A stretch of DNA of 64,000 nucleotides, taken from NCBI GenBank assembly GCA_033442325.1, contig JAWQFM010000006.1, forward strand, positions 1,671,611 through 1,735,610, given 5' to 3'. How positions within the stretch are numbered: position 1 is the first letter of the stretch; each line of letters opens with the position of its first letter. The stretch comes from Salpingoeca rosetta. Its lineage: Eukaryota; Protista; Choanoflagellata. The notes beneath the pieces were generated by a model, which saw nothing but the letters and a program-made list of their open reading frames with translations, searched no databases and was not told where the DNA came from. Position numbers and translations under genes: made by a program. Positions 43,330 through 63,358 of the stretch are shown one piece after another.

Positions 43330-44286
43330 ATGAGCGATAGGGCCAAGCCGGGGAACCTGCAGTCTCCGTATGAGACGTGTGGGTGGCTGACGCTGAAGGA
43401 AGGGTACTTGCAGAAGACCAAGCTGGCAAAGGGGCTGATTCCGTCCACGAAGCTGCGCTGGTTTGCGCTCAAGCAGAACCCAAAGACGTACGAGAGCAGG
43501 CTGGAGTATTACGAAGGCCGCACATGCAAAGGCTGGATCTCACTGCGGGATGCCGTGGTGATGCCGACGCGGAAGTTGGGCGCGTTCACCGTTACCACGT
43601 ACCACAAGCACGGGGCTGCTACCGTGGCGCGCACCATGAAGCTGCAGGGCGAGACGCACGACCAGCACAGCAGCACGGGCTGGGTTGTGGCGCTCAAGAA
43701 CGCGGCAAAGTCATACAAGGAGCACGGCAAAGACAGCCGCGCCCCGAGCGACGCTGGAAGCGTACAGCGACAGCAGCAGCAGCAGCAACACCACCAACAA
43801 CAGCACGCTCAGGCTGAGGATGAAGCACAGGCAGCAAAGCTGACCCCAGAGCTGTTGGACCGATTGGAGAATGACGAAAGCTCCGTGGCACAACGTGCCA
43901 GTACGTCGAGTGCATGTGTTGCTTTGGCTGTGCGAGTGGGTGTGTGTGCGTTGGGTGTTTATTTGTTGCCTGGGTGCGTTCGTGTAGTTGTGTGTTTGCA
44001 GACTTGCGATTGCGTCCACCCTTCTTGTTTGCACGTGCCCCAAACAAAGCCTCTTGCACTCACGCCGTCGTTCGTTCGTGCGTGCGTATGCTTGATTACC
44101 CACACCAGACCGCACAGGTGGTGAAGAATTGGACGGCGACGCCATTGATCGGGCTCGATGGCAAGCCCTTCAACGTCGCTTCCAACACAGCTCAGAGGAC
44201 CAGCAGCCAGAGGTGTGCGCGTTTGTCTTTTCTTCTGCGTGTGTGTGTGTGTGTGCGTGTGCCTGTGTGTGTTTCTGCACATGTTG

Positions 44287-44334
<48 letters not shown>

Positions 44335-44792
44335 TGTGTGTGTTTCTGCACATGTTGTGTGCGTGTCCCATGTGCGTGTACTTGCGTGCGTGTTCCTCTG
44401 ACTTCCTCCTCAGCAGCAGCCACGTGAATGCAAACGAAGCACACTCATAGCCTGCATTCGTCTGGGGTGGGGTGCAGGTTGACCTTGAGGAGGACGAGGA
44501 CGTGCGACTGCTGCGGGAGATGGAGGAAGAGGAAGAGCGACGCCAGGAGGAGGAGCGTCTTGCCTTCCTCGCCGAGCGACAAGCGAGACTGCAGCGGCAG
44601 GAAAGCGTGAGGGGCCTGCAGGACACTGTATTGGAAGACGATGGCGCGATGAGCGAGGGCGACGAGTGGGACCCCGAGGAAGAGATGCGGCTCATGCGTG
44701 AGGCGGAGGAGGAAGAAGAGAGGAGACAGGAGGAGGAACGGCGCCTGTGGTTGGAGGAACAGCGCAAGAAGAAGGAGGCCGAGGCGTCGTAA
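43330..44792 (+). CDS. PH-domain protein with a duplicated Glu/Arg-rich helical C-terminus; 3 exons
   Basis: PH signature [35 protein letters not shown]. The last exon carries two [18 protein letters not shown] units. Confidence 0.82.
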
Positions 44793-45066
44793 TGTCGTCG
44801 TGATGTAGTGTGGCGTGACGTGACATGATATGTGGGGAGGCAGGTGCTCATGTGCGTGTATATGTGTGTGTGTGCATGTGCGTGTGTGTGCATGTGTGTG
44901 TGTGTGTGTGCATGTGTGTGTGCATGTGTGTGCGCTCTCTCTGTCTCTCTCTCTGTCTCTGTCTCTGTCTCTGTCTCTGTCTCTGTCTCTCTGTCTCTGT
45001 CTCTCTTCGGTGTTCTTCCTCGTCTCTCCTGTGCACCTTTTCCTCGTCTCCTTGCAGTGTGCTGAG

Positions 45067-45124
<58 letters not shown>

Positions 45125-45421
45125 CCGGGCCCCTGTTCGTTGCAGAGTGAATGCACAGCCTCTTGTCTCCCCTCGAGCTGTCGTTGTGGCGTCTGTGTGT
45201 CTGTGTGTCTGTGTGTCCCCTTTAAACGGCTTGCGTATGGAGCAAGGGTCAAAGGAGTTGGGTGTTGGGAGCAGGGGTAGGGGGCAGGGGCAGGAAGAGG
45301 TGTGACAAAGGTTGGCACGAACACGCAACACATTTCAGGTCATGACAGTCATCAACAGCAAGAAGATACAGCCGAAGACAATCGCGACGACAACGACAAC
45401 AACAGCGACAACAAACAAGCC

Positions 45422-46010
45422 ATGGCAGGGTTGATCGCAGGCTTGGGCGCGTTCCTCGGCGGCGCGTTTGCGGTGCGCAAGGCAGAGCAGGAGATTGACG
45501 ACCTCGTCTCGGACAAGAACGAGGCCAAGGCAACCCGCAAAGCAGAGTCTGTGGGCCGCCAACTGGTGCGCATTGCGCGTGTGTGTGTATGTGTGTGTGT
45601 ATGTGTGTGTATGTGTGGATATGTATGTGTGTGTATGTGTGTGTATGTGTGTGATGGTGTGTTTGTGCGTGCGCGTGGATGCACCATGGATCATCGCTCA
45701 TGCAGCAGGCGCAGCTCATGTCATCATCCATCCGCCTTCCAACCCCTGTCCCATTCCCTGTTGCACCGCACCTCTGGATCTGCAGGAAGACACAAATGCC
45801 AAGCTCCGTGTGAAGCACGAAGTGGAGCGGGAGCGGCGCGATCAGCGTCGCCTTGACATGCGGTACAAACACGGGCTCGACACACATGCGTCCTCCTCCT
45901 CATCGTCGTCGTCGTCACATGGCAGAGCCCAGCGTGGCAGCAGCAATGATGCCGGTGCCAGCGTCCCAAACACGGTCGAGTTTGAAGTGTCCGGCGTCTT
46001 TGGCAAATGT

Positions 46011-46086
<76 letters not shown>

Positions 46087-46421
46087 AGAGATGCACAATC
46101 TTTTCTATTCTCAAGACTCTCATCTCTTCTCCCCATGCCTCTCGCTGCCCTGTTCCCTCTCGTCTCTCGCCCTCATCCATTCTCTTGTGTGCTCATACTT
46201 TCNNNNNNNNNNNNNNNNNNNNNNNNNNNNNNNNNNNNNNNNNNNNNNNNNNNNNNNNNNNNNNNNNNNNNNNNNNNNNNNNNNNNNNNNNNNNNNNNNN
46301 NNGTGCACCACCTCTGCCGAAGCGTCTGCCTTTCGACACGCGCTGCAGCCCAGCACAATGTGATGCGTGCCACGGCCGCGCGCAGTGCATGATGAACAGA
46401 TGCTGCTCCTGCTGTTGCTGA
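45422..46421 (+). CDS. Small complexin-like protein; the 3' end is interrupted by a gap and the Cys-rich last exon is tentative
   Basis: An N-terminal amphipathic or hydrophobic helix precedes the spliced central helix KHEVERERRDQRRLDMRYKHGL. This matches the spacing of the complexin SNARE-binding helix K[YH]x5-6Rx3Rx2IRxKYG[IL]. Confidence 0.55.
46203..46302. other. Assembly gap (100 N, probably a placeholder of unknown size)
   Basis: Run of exactly 100 N. Confidence 1.
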
Positions 46422-47010
46422 GCATGTGGCGAGCGGTGATGAAGATGATTTCACGCCCTCGATCGCGCTGTGTGCACTGTGTCATGGCACGTTCACTTTG
46501 TATTCGTGGTCGCGTCTGCGACTGTGCCTCTGCACACCCTCATCCCTGTCTCCTGCACACCTTTTGCCTTCTTTCACCCATACACCCTGACCTACGCCTG
46601 CATCTATTTGATCTCACCCTCTGCCCTGTTCTCCTCCGCGCCGCGGCGTGTTACACGTTTGTTACATTGTTCCGTGATACGAACACCTTCTCTTCCTCTC
46701 CTCTTCTTCCCCTCCTTCCCTTCCATCAACTTCCTCACTTATCGAATGCCATGTTCGCACAACATCATGCATGCTTGCCCCGTGTTATTGTGATACGAGA
46801 GACTCTTCTTGCTGTGTTGTGCACGCTCACTGTGCTCCTTCGTTTGCTTCCACACACACACACACACACGTGTACTGGCCCAATAAACAACACGAGCAGT
46901 GATGGATACAGAAGCAAGAGCGCATGCGCGTGCGAGCCACTGTGTGTGCGTGTGTGTGTGTGTGGTCTCCTTGGACACGTGGTGATCGTGATCGTCATCA
47001 CCATGACATA

Positions 47011-50959
<3,949 letters not shown>

Positions 50960-51253
50960 GTTGTGTTATTACTTGGCCATCAAATCAAAATGCAACGAAA
51001 CATAATTTTTGTTTATCCTCCAAGCCGCGCCCTCCAAACGCGTCATCCTCACTCCTACCCCTCCACCACACCACACCTCCACTTGCATCGATCGCAAACC
51101 ACACATACTCAGCCTCTCAAACACACACACACACACACACAGCCCCTCAAACACACACACATACACTCAGCCCCTCAAACACACACACACACTAACACAC
51201 TCACACTCACTCACTAACACACACAATCACTCACTAACACACAGCCACAGATT

Positions 51254-52260
51254 ATGGACTCGCCGTTTGCGTTTGACACTTCTAACCCGTTTGCTGCCGA
51301 GGAGAAAGAGGTGCCGCCGTTCGGTCTTGACATGGTGAGCGGCGCAAGACGAACACGTCGTGACGAGGATGTGGATGTTGGTGTCACATCAAGAAGAACA
51401 GCAGATCCCACACACAGCAGCAGAGCGCATGCTCCGCAAACGCACACAGCAGTACTGACAGTGCCGTCGCCTGGAAAGACAGAGATTGAGATTGAGGACA
51501 GCGAAGAGGACATGCCGCAGCAGAGGCCGGGTCCAAGAACGCCGCTGGCAAAGGTGTATGCGGAGATTTGCACATACCCGTGCAACGGCTGGCTCGATTA
51601 CAAGTACGACAGCGAGACGTTTCCCCCAACGTTGAAAGGCCACGTCACGTACAAGAAGTTCCAGAGCATTGTGGAGCAGCTCAACACCATTCGCAAGAAG
51701 TATCGCTGCAACGGCACAGACTACGCTCTCCTCGGTGCGCTACTGTCACGAACTGCTCGTCTGCCTGTGGTTGTGTCTTGTGCGGCCGTGTGGAGGGCGG
51801 GAGTGGTGTTGTTTGAACGTTGTGTGATTCGCTGCGTCGTACGTTGTGTGGTTTGGAGTTTAGCTGCCAGCTCTTGTTTGCAATCCACTTTCTTTGCTGT
51901 GTGCTGCATTCGGTCGTGCGCATCCACCCTCAACAAGCAAGCAAGTTAACGCCTCTTCTCCCCCCTCTCTCTGTCTCTGTCTCTCTCTCTCTCTTCCTCT
52001 GTCTCTCCCACACGCACACACACACAATCACACACAATCACACTCACACACACGTCCCAATGATGCCAGGTGCGAGTGTGGGGCTTCTTCCCATGATCCC
52101 GTTTATGATGCGCAAAAAGTCTCGGGCGATTGAGCGCCGCAAGGAGATGAAGGCCGTCTTTGCGCAGTTTGAATACGAACACGAGACCCTGCGCATGCGC
52201 ATCGACAAAACCACGGGCAACCTCATCATCGAAACACACCCATCGGTCCTCTACGGCTGA
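51254..52260 (+). CDS. Small Erf4/GOLGA7/CHIC-like membrane-associated protein; 3 exons
   Basis: FPPTLKGHVTYKKFQSIVEQLN resembles the Erf4-domain start. It is followed by a hydrophobic hairpin (YALLGASVGLLPMIPF) and a terminal LIIE strand. There is an N-terminal NPF. Confidence 0.5.
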
Positions 52261-52581
52261 CTCTTGCAATATGCTTGTCGTTGAGCCTGAATGCCTCACG
52301 TCATTGCCCATGGGTTACCTGGATTATATTCCACATTGTTATGTCACATATTATGTCTCTCTCGCTTGCTTCCTCTTCCTCTCATCATCATCATCCTCAT
52401 CTCTGTGCTTCTGTGGAGTGCTTGCGACACAGAACCTCTCTGTTGTTGTCCCTCTCTTGTCCAACAAAGTCCTGCGTGGCCGTGGTTTTTTTTTTTTGCT
52501 GTCGTGCGCAACACACGTGTGTGCAGCCGCGCCAGCCAGAACACCCACGATACAACAATACCCACACCACAAAACACCACC

Positions 52582-54675
52582 ATGGTGGCGACCTCAAGCT
52601 GTCGGCTATGTGCCAGTATGATGGCAAGGCGGTGCACCACCACCACCACCGCCACCACCACCGCTGCTGCCGCCGCAACAGCAACAACCATTCGCGGCAC
52701 GGGTCGCTTTTTGAGTCAGATCGCACGACGACACCCACAAATACAGCAGCAGCAACACCAGCAACACCAGCAACACCAGCGACGCCACCTGGCAAGAGCC
52801 ACGGCGATGCTGCGGCGATCGACAATGCCGTTGTCAACCAGCACTGCACGCTGGAACGCGGGCAGCAACGCCAGCAGCAACAGCAAGGACGGTGAGAAGG
52901 AGGCCGGTGGTACGGGGAGCCTGACGTCGTTGCTGGAGGGCATCATGGAGGTGAAGAAGTCGGCCAGCGCGCAGCAGGAGAACAGCTTCAAGCAGCTGGA
53001 GCAGCTGTTCAAGGACAACGACAAGGACCACTTCCTGATCCCCATGGGCGGCGCAGAGGAGATTGGCATGAACTGCAACCTGTACGTGCACAAGAACCGC
53101 TTCCTCATGGTCGATCTCGGCGTGAACCTCACCAACATCGGCAACGGCTCCACGGCCATCATGCCAGACCTCGACTACGTCATGCGCAACAAGCACAAGC
53201 TCGTCGCCCTGGTCATCACCCACGCCCACGAGGACCACATTGGCGCCGTGGCCACGCTCTGGCCAGACCTCAAGTGCCCGCTCTACTGCACAAAGTTCAC
53301 GGCGGAGATGATCCGCGCCCGCCTCCCGCCAAACGTCAGGATCCCTCCCCTGCACATCATCGACCAGAAGACAAAGGTGACCACAAAGCCCTTCAGCTTC
53401 ACCCTGCAGCACATGACGCACTCCATCCCGGAGTCGCACGCCGTCATCCTGCACACGGAGCAAGGGCACATCGTGCACACGGGCGACTGGAAGCACGACT
53501 CTGCACCCTTGCTGGGCCCGCCATTCGACTACGCAGCCATGAACAAGCTCGGCGAGGAAGGCGTGCTTGCCGTTGTCGGCGACTCGACCAACGCCGTCGT
53601 GGAGGGCGAGTCGGTGCCCGAGTCCGAGGTGCAGCGCGGCCTGCGCGAGCGCCTGCTGAAGGTGGAGCCTGACCGGCAGTGCGTGCTCACCTGCTTCTCG
53701 TCCAGCGTCTCCCGCGTCGGTATTGCGCTCGACTGCGCGCCGCAGATGAATCGTCGGCCAGCGCTCATGGGCCACGCCATGCTCACCACCAGCGGCATTG
53801 CGCACGACTGCGGCTACCTGCCCACACTCCCCTCCACCCGCGGCCTCCACGAGGTGGTGACCAAGCACGCGCCCGCGCAGTGCCTGATGCTTGCCACGGG
53901 GTGCCAGGGCGAGCCCGCTGCTGCGCTGTCACGCATGGCGTCTGGCGACCACCCAATTGTGCACCTTGGCCCAGACGACGTCGTCATCTTCTCGTCGCGC
54001 GTCATCCCCGGCAACGAGTTGGACGTGCAGCGCGTGGTGAACCAGCTCAAGCGCCGCGGTGTGCGCATCATCCGTGATGGCGAGGACGGGGTGCCGACAC
54101 ACGCCTCTGGCCACGCATATCGGGGTGATATCCGCATGCTGCTGTCGCGGCTTCGCCCGCAGATGGTCGTGCCCGTGCACGGCGAGTACCTGCACTTGGA
54201 GGAGCATTGCAGCCTGGCGCGGGAGCAGGGGGTCAAGCACACCATCATCCCTCGCAACGGCAACGTCATCCACCTCCACCCGCACGAAGGCCCGAAGGTT
54301 GTTGGGCAGGTGAATGCAGGTCAACTTGTGATGGACGGGCGACTGCTGCGTCGCATGGACTCGCCCATCATGCAGGATCGCATGACGCAACAGGCGCAGG
54401 GGGCGTGTTTCATCACCGTCGTCCTGTCTGCGGACAACCAACTCCTTGTTCCGCCCGTGCTCTCCCACCGCGGCCTCATTGACAAGACAGAGACGCAGCT
54501 GCAGCAGCAGTTCGTGGCGCTCTCCGACATGCTTGGCGAGGAGCTGTCTGGGCTCAACAGTCCGCCGGACAGCGTGATCCAGGGTGTGGCGCAGGCAGCC
54601 GTGATGGGGTTCTGCCAGCGGCGACTGGGCAAGCGGCCCGTGTGCGAGGTGCACATTGTCAGGCAGAGCATGTGA
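52582..54675 (+). CDS. rnj: Ribonuclease J (metallo-beta-lactamase/beta-CASP) with a predicted mitochondrial presequence; intronless
   Basis: Motifs IPMGGAEEIGMN, THAHEDHIG, HSIPES, HTGDWK, DSTNA, TGCQGEPAAAL, IPGNE, HASGHA and PVHGE, plus the RNase J C-terminal domain (LGKRPVCEVHIV). Confidence 0.95.
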   Translation: MVATSSCRLCASMMARRCTTTTTATTTAAAAATATTIRGTGRFLSQIARRHPQIQQQQHQQHQQHQRRHLARATAMLRRSTMPLSTSTARWNAGSNASSNSKDGEKEAGGTGSLTSLLEGIMEVKKSASAQQENSFKQLEQLFKDNDKDHFLIPMGGAEEIGMNCNLYVHKNRFLMVDLGVNLTNIGNGSTAIMPDLDYVMRNKHKLVALVITHAHEDHIGAVATLWPDLKCPLYCTKFTAEMIRARLPPNVRIPPLHIIDQKTKVTTKPFSFTLQHMTHSIPESHAVILHTEQGHIVHTGDWKHDSAPLLGPPFDYAAMNKLGEEGVLAVVGDSTNAVVEGESVPESEVQRGLRERLLKVEPDRQCVLTCFSSSVSRVGIALDCAPQMNRRPALMGHAMLTTSGIAHDCGYLPTLPSTRGLHEVVTKHAPAQCLMLATGCQGEPAAALSRMASGDHPIVHLGPDDVVIFSSRVIPGNELDVQRVVNQLKRRGVRIIRDGEDGVPTHASGHAYRGDIRMLLSRLRPQMVVPVHGEYLHLEEHCSLAREQGVKHTIIPRNGNVIHLHPHEGPKVVGQVNAGQLVMDGRLLRRMDSPIMQDRMTQQAQGACFITVVLSADNQLLVPPVLSHRGLIDKTETQLQQQFVALSDMLGEELSGLNSPPDSVIQGVAQAAVMGFCQRRLGKRPVCEVHIVRQSM

Positions 54676-54735
54676 GTGAGTGAGTGAGTGAGTGAATGAG
54701 TGCGTGAGTGAATGAGTGCGTGAGTGAGTGAGTGA

Positions 54736-54788
<53 letters not shown>

Positions 54789-55526
54789 TGTGTGTGTGTG
54801 TTTGGAGGGAGGGGAGATTGGGAAACGGCCACCTTCGTGTACATGTACGTGAGTAGACGTGTGTGTGTGTGCGTGTGTGTGTGTGTGTGTGGGGGGGGGG
54901 CTTTGCGTTGTTGAAGTTGCCGTTATTGTTGTTTCGGTTGTAAACCCTGCCAGGCTCGATGCAAATCATGCGAGTGTGCTCCTTGTTTGCTTGTTTGCTT
55001 GCTTGCTTGCTCTCAACTCGTGCGAGTGTCTGTTGTTGTGCTGCTGCTTTGCTCCTGAACTTCTTATGTCACATCTGACAAGTACATGATTATCAAGACA
55101 CGCCAGTTTCACTCGTATCATGAACACGGCAACATGCTTGTGTACAGCGTGTTGATGGCTCAGTGCATGCGTGTTCTGGACGTGTGTATTCGAGTCACCA
55201 CTGCACTTTGTGAGTGAAGGGTCAGAGGAACAGAAAGAACTCATGACAAGAGAAGCGAAAAAGCACCAGCCCTGGTCGTGCAGCACATGGGGGCTGTCAG
55301 TTACAGTGTCAGAGGCGAAGGTATGAAGAAGGGATAACATGAACATGGAACCGGAGAACAAGGGAAGCAACACAAAAAACGGGGCGTGGTCCAACATCAC
55401 ATCACATCTCATCACGTCGCAGCACGTGGGCGAACAGAGATTTGTGCCTGCAGGCAAGCAGGCCACGGCGACTGCATCATCACATCATGTCACATCGTCA
55501 CAGCATCGGGATGGCATGACATGACA

Positions 55527-58808
<3,282 letters not shown>

Positions 58809-58854
58809 GCCTATCCTGTGGGGGTTTGAGACGTGCAGCAGGTGTAAACGTTGA

Positions 58855-58898
<44 letters not shown>

Positions 58899-59427
58899 TG
58901 GAGATCAGCGGATTGCTGCTGGCTGGAGGGACGGGCCTTACTTGATCTTTGTCTTGCTTGCTTGTGGGCGCACAACACAACGAGCGGTCACAAGGGAAAT
59001 GCATGCAACGGAACGTTCAGTGTGGTTCGGTCAGTGTGGTTCAGTGAGAGATGGCTACTCATACGCACGTGCGTCCTTGCTCTTGTGATGATGAGATCAG
59101 ATGAGCACACTGCGTTGCACTGCACACTGCACATACTGCACATACTGCACACTGCGTTGCACTGCGTCGCACACCTTTTGCTCTTCAGCTGTCGCGCACA
59201 CGTGGTTTGCTTCTGCCTTTTGTTGGTCCTGGTGTGTTACAAACGCGCACATAACCGATGCAAAATACATATAATTTGTGTGATTTGATGTGCACATAAG
59301 GGTCTAGTCCTTGCTCAACAACAACAGCCGCAGAAGAAGAAACAGTTTCTGCGCCAACACACACACACTGCCACCTCACCCTCCAAACCCTCCATCCAAC
59401 AACCAGAGCCAGTGCCATCACCGAACA

Positions 59428-60428
59428 AATGTGGACGTCGCTTGCTGTTGTTGGCGCCGCCGCCGTGGTTGGCGTGTGCCAGACCAAGGAAATGGCCGAG
59501 CAGTGCACAGAGGTCTTCGACACAGCCACCACCACCTTCAACTCCTACGCTGCGCCGTACGAAGCATGGCAGGTGCGAAATGACACAACAGAAACACACA
59601 ACAAGAAGTCGTGGTAGTCCTTCCACATGTGTGACATGTGACTGTACGCACGCTCCCACCACCACCACGTCCACGTGTCCCTCAACGCGTTCCATCTCCT
59701 TATCTTCTCACATGCTCCTCACCATTGTTGTTGTTCTCTTTCCTTGCATTGCTGTGTGTGTGTGTGGGGGGGGGGGGTTCCCTCTTGCCTGCTTGTTTCA
59801 TGCATGTGCTTCGTGCTCCATTCAGGTTGCTGCGCTTGCCATTGCCGCGTATGTGCTGGTGGCCAAGCTGTTTGTGTTCTTGTTTGCGGACGACCGGTCA
59901 TGGTTCCTGCGCCTGAAGCTGTGGGTGTTTCGTGTTGCCCGCAAGATCCCGTTTGTTCGCAGCAAGATTGCCTCCGAAGTGGAAGAGACTCTCGTTGGCG
60001 TTGAGCACGACATGTTCAAGTACTTTACCCACTGGAAGGTACGGTGTTTGGCTCGTCTGCTTGCTTGTGTTTGCTTGTTTGCTTTTGCTTGCTTGCATGA
60101 TGCTTGGTTGCTCGTTTGATTGCCTGCCTGCTTGCTTGTTCGTGTCAAATGGGAAATGTTCGTGTACACAATGTTCCCAGTTGTAGAAGACAAAATGGAG
60201 TTGCTTACCATGTCTGTCGCACCCCAATGTGACATGTTTTCAGGCCAACCGCAAGCTGCCGACACACGGTCTGACCACGGGCCAAGTGCTTGCCAAGCTG
60301 AACACGCTTCGCGAGCTTGGCGCACCAGACAAGCGCCATGCCGAGGGCAAGGTACAGTGTGACCGAAACGTTTCGTGCCTTGCGTATGCTGATGATTGCA
60401 GCTGTGTTTTTCTGAAGACCCTCGTTGC

Positions 60429-60461
<33 letters not shown>

Positions 60462-63307
60462 ACACACACATACACACACACACACACATGCACCCTCTCT
60501 CCGCCTTTGCTGATTGGCCAGGTGTCTGGCACGATCTACGTTGGCGGCGAGTCGTATGAGGAGTACACGAAGATGATCACGACTGTGTATGGCATGTTCG
60601 CCTGGACCAACCCGCTCCACTCGGGCGTCTTCCCCGGCATTCGCCAGATGGAGGTGCGCTGTGCTGATGTTGGTGTGCTGTGATAGTGCTGGTGGTGTTG
60701 GGTGCTTTTCGTGCTTTCATAGAGCGTGGGTTGGAGCGTGACATTGCTTGCACAGCCGTGCGTTGTGAGTTGAGACTGTACCACGGGATGCAAGGGTGCG
60801 AGCAATGTTGCGGGATTGCCTGCTGCACACACACACACACACATGTACATGTACACACACATGTACACATGCGCGTGCCCTGTGTTGCTTGCAGGCAGAG
60901 ATTGTGCGCATGTGCTGCACGCTGTTTCACGGCGACGAGAGCACCTGCGGCGCACACACGAGCGGCGGCACCGAGTCCATCATCCTCGCCATCCGCGTAA
61001 GGATCTGCCCCCGTGCGTGCGTGTGTGTGTGTGTGCGAGTGTGTGCGCGTGTGTGTGTGCGTGTGTGCGTGCGTGTGTGTGCGTGTGTGTGTGTGTGTGT
61101 GCGTGCGTGCGTGTGTGTGTGTGTGTAGTTGCTGCTGGCTTGTGGATACGTCACAATTCATTTCACGCGAACTGCGTCACCTGCTTCTCCCTCTCATACC
61201 CGCACACACAAATACACGCCCAGGCGTACAAGGAGTACTTTGCAGAGAAGAAAGGCATCACAAAGCCCAACGTTGTTGTCACCCGCACCGCACACCCGGC
61301 CTTTGACAAGGCCTGCGACTACTTTGGCATCTCCGTACGTCACACCGTCTTCTTGTTTGTTTTGTTTGTTTGTTTGAACAAGTGCGCTTCTTGTCAACCA
61401 CATGTTTAGTTTTCGCCCTCGCTTCGTTTGACGCCCCAACCAACTCAACCACCACCACCATCATATGTCTCCTTCTCCCATCTCTCATCTCTCCCCCTTC
61501 CCCCCCCCCACACACACACACTCTCTTCAGTTGCGCAAAGCGGACGAGGACAAGACGACGCGTCAGGCCATCCCCTCATCCATGGCGCGTCTCATCGACA
61601 GCAACACCATCGCCATTGTTGGATCCTGCCCCCAGGTAACGTCGCCCCGTTCTCCTGTTCTCACTTACCACCTGCGACTGCACACATCCATACGTGCGTG
61701 CATGCATGCGATTGCAAGGGGGTTCGGCTGTGATGCTTGCATGCATGTATTGCCTTTGGTTCTTTGCCTAAACCCTGTGTGCCGACTCTCGACCACGTCT
61801 CCACCAACACAACACTCCAAACGCTTGGCACCGTGCTCACCATCAACCCACCCCATATCATTGTGCCATCGCAGTACCCGCACGGTGCTGTTGATCCCAT
61901 CGAGGACCTGGCCAAGCTCGCCCGCAAGCACGACGTACGGGTGGCGGCATGCGCGTGCTGTGCTCGCTGCGGCTCACATGTTCCACACATTTTGACGCAC
62001 ACTGTGACGCACACACACACTGTCTCTCTCTCTCAACCTCACACACACTTTGACGTACACACACACACTCACACGCTCACACACACAAGCCTCTCTCTCT
62101 CTCTCTCACACACACACACTCACACTTGCATTCGCTGTGGTTGCGTTGACTGCAGATTGGGCTGCACGTTGACTGCTGCCTGGGATCGTTTGTCGTGCCC
62201 TTTATGCGGGAAGCAGGGTTCCCCGACTTTCCCGCGTTTGATTTCAGCGTCAACGGTGTCACCTCCATCTCCGCTGACACGCACAAGTTTGGATGCGCTC
62301 CCAAGGTGCGCGCCACGACGCTACGTGCCGGCTGTTTGGTGGCTGCGCTGTGTTGCTGTTCTTGATATGCAGCCTGTGTCTGCTGCATGAGTCCTTTGCC
62401 TACACTGCCGACACATTCTTGCTGTCACAATCACTCACTCATACATACACATACACACACACACACACGCATGCGCACGCACACACGCACACACGCATGC
62501 ACAGGGTTCCTCTGTTGTGATGTTTGCGAACAAGGACCTGCGGCGCGCCACGTACTCCGTGTTCCCGGATTGGCCCGGCGGTGTGTACGGCACACCCACC
62601 GTTGCCGGCTCCCGTCCAGGCGCCCTCATCGCGGTGCGCTCACAGTGGTGGTGGTGGTGATACCTGTGGTGCTGTTTCTGATCCCTCTGGCGTTGATAAC
62701 CGTGGTGGTGGTGGTGGTGGTGGTGGTGGTGGTGGTGACGGTGGTGGGCAGTGATGGGCAGTGATACGCGCAGCTCTGCATGCAATGATGCAAGTATGCG
62801 CATGTTGTTTGACACATGTGTTGCCTTCTTCTTGCAACAGGCGACATGGTCTGCGATGATGAGCAACGGGTACGAGGGCTACCTGCACAACGCCAAGTGC
62901 ATCATGAAGACTGTGGTCGCCATTGCAGAGGGTTAGTTGCTGTTTGTACATTGGGGTGTGTGTTTACGTTGTGTGTGTTTACGTTGTGTGTGTTTACGTT
63001 GTGTGTGTTTACGTTGTATGTGTGTGCGTGTGTGTGTGTGCGAGTGTGTGAGCGTGTGTGTGTGTGTGTACGTGGTGATGGAGCGCATGTTTCCAGTTTC
63101 TTTCACGCGGTGCTGTTCTCACACTCCACCACCATCATCATATCACACTGCCTCACCTGTTGCATTGCCTCGTCAACACCACCTCCAATGCCGCGCAGGA
63201 ATCAAGAAGATTGACGGCATCAAGCTTGTGTGCGAGCCGCAGGGCCCAATTGTCGCCTGGACCTCAGACGTCTTCGACATCAACCGGTGCGCGCGCGTGT
63301 GTGTGTG

Positions 63308-63358
<51 letters not shown>

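Noticed and set aside
52291-52581. Upstream extension of the RNase J ORF (MPHVIAHG...)
   Set aside because: It begins 30 bp after the previous stop, has UTR-like composition with a poly-T run, and is probably an incidental open frame.
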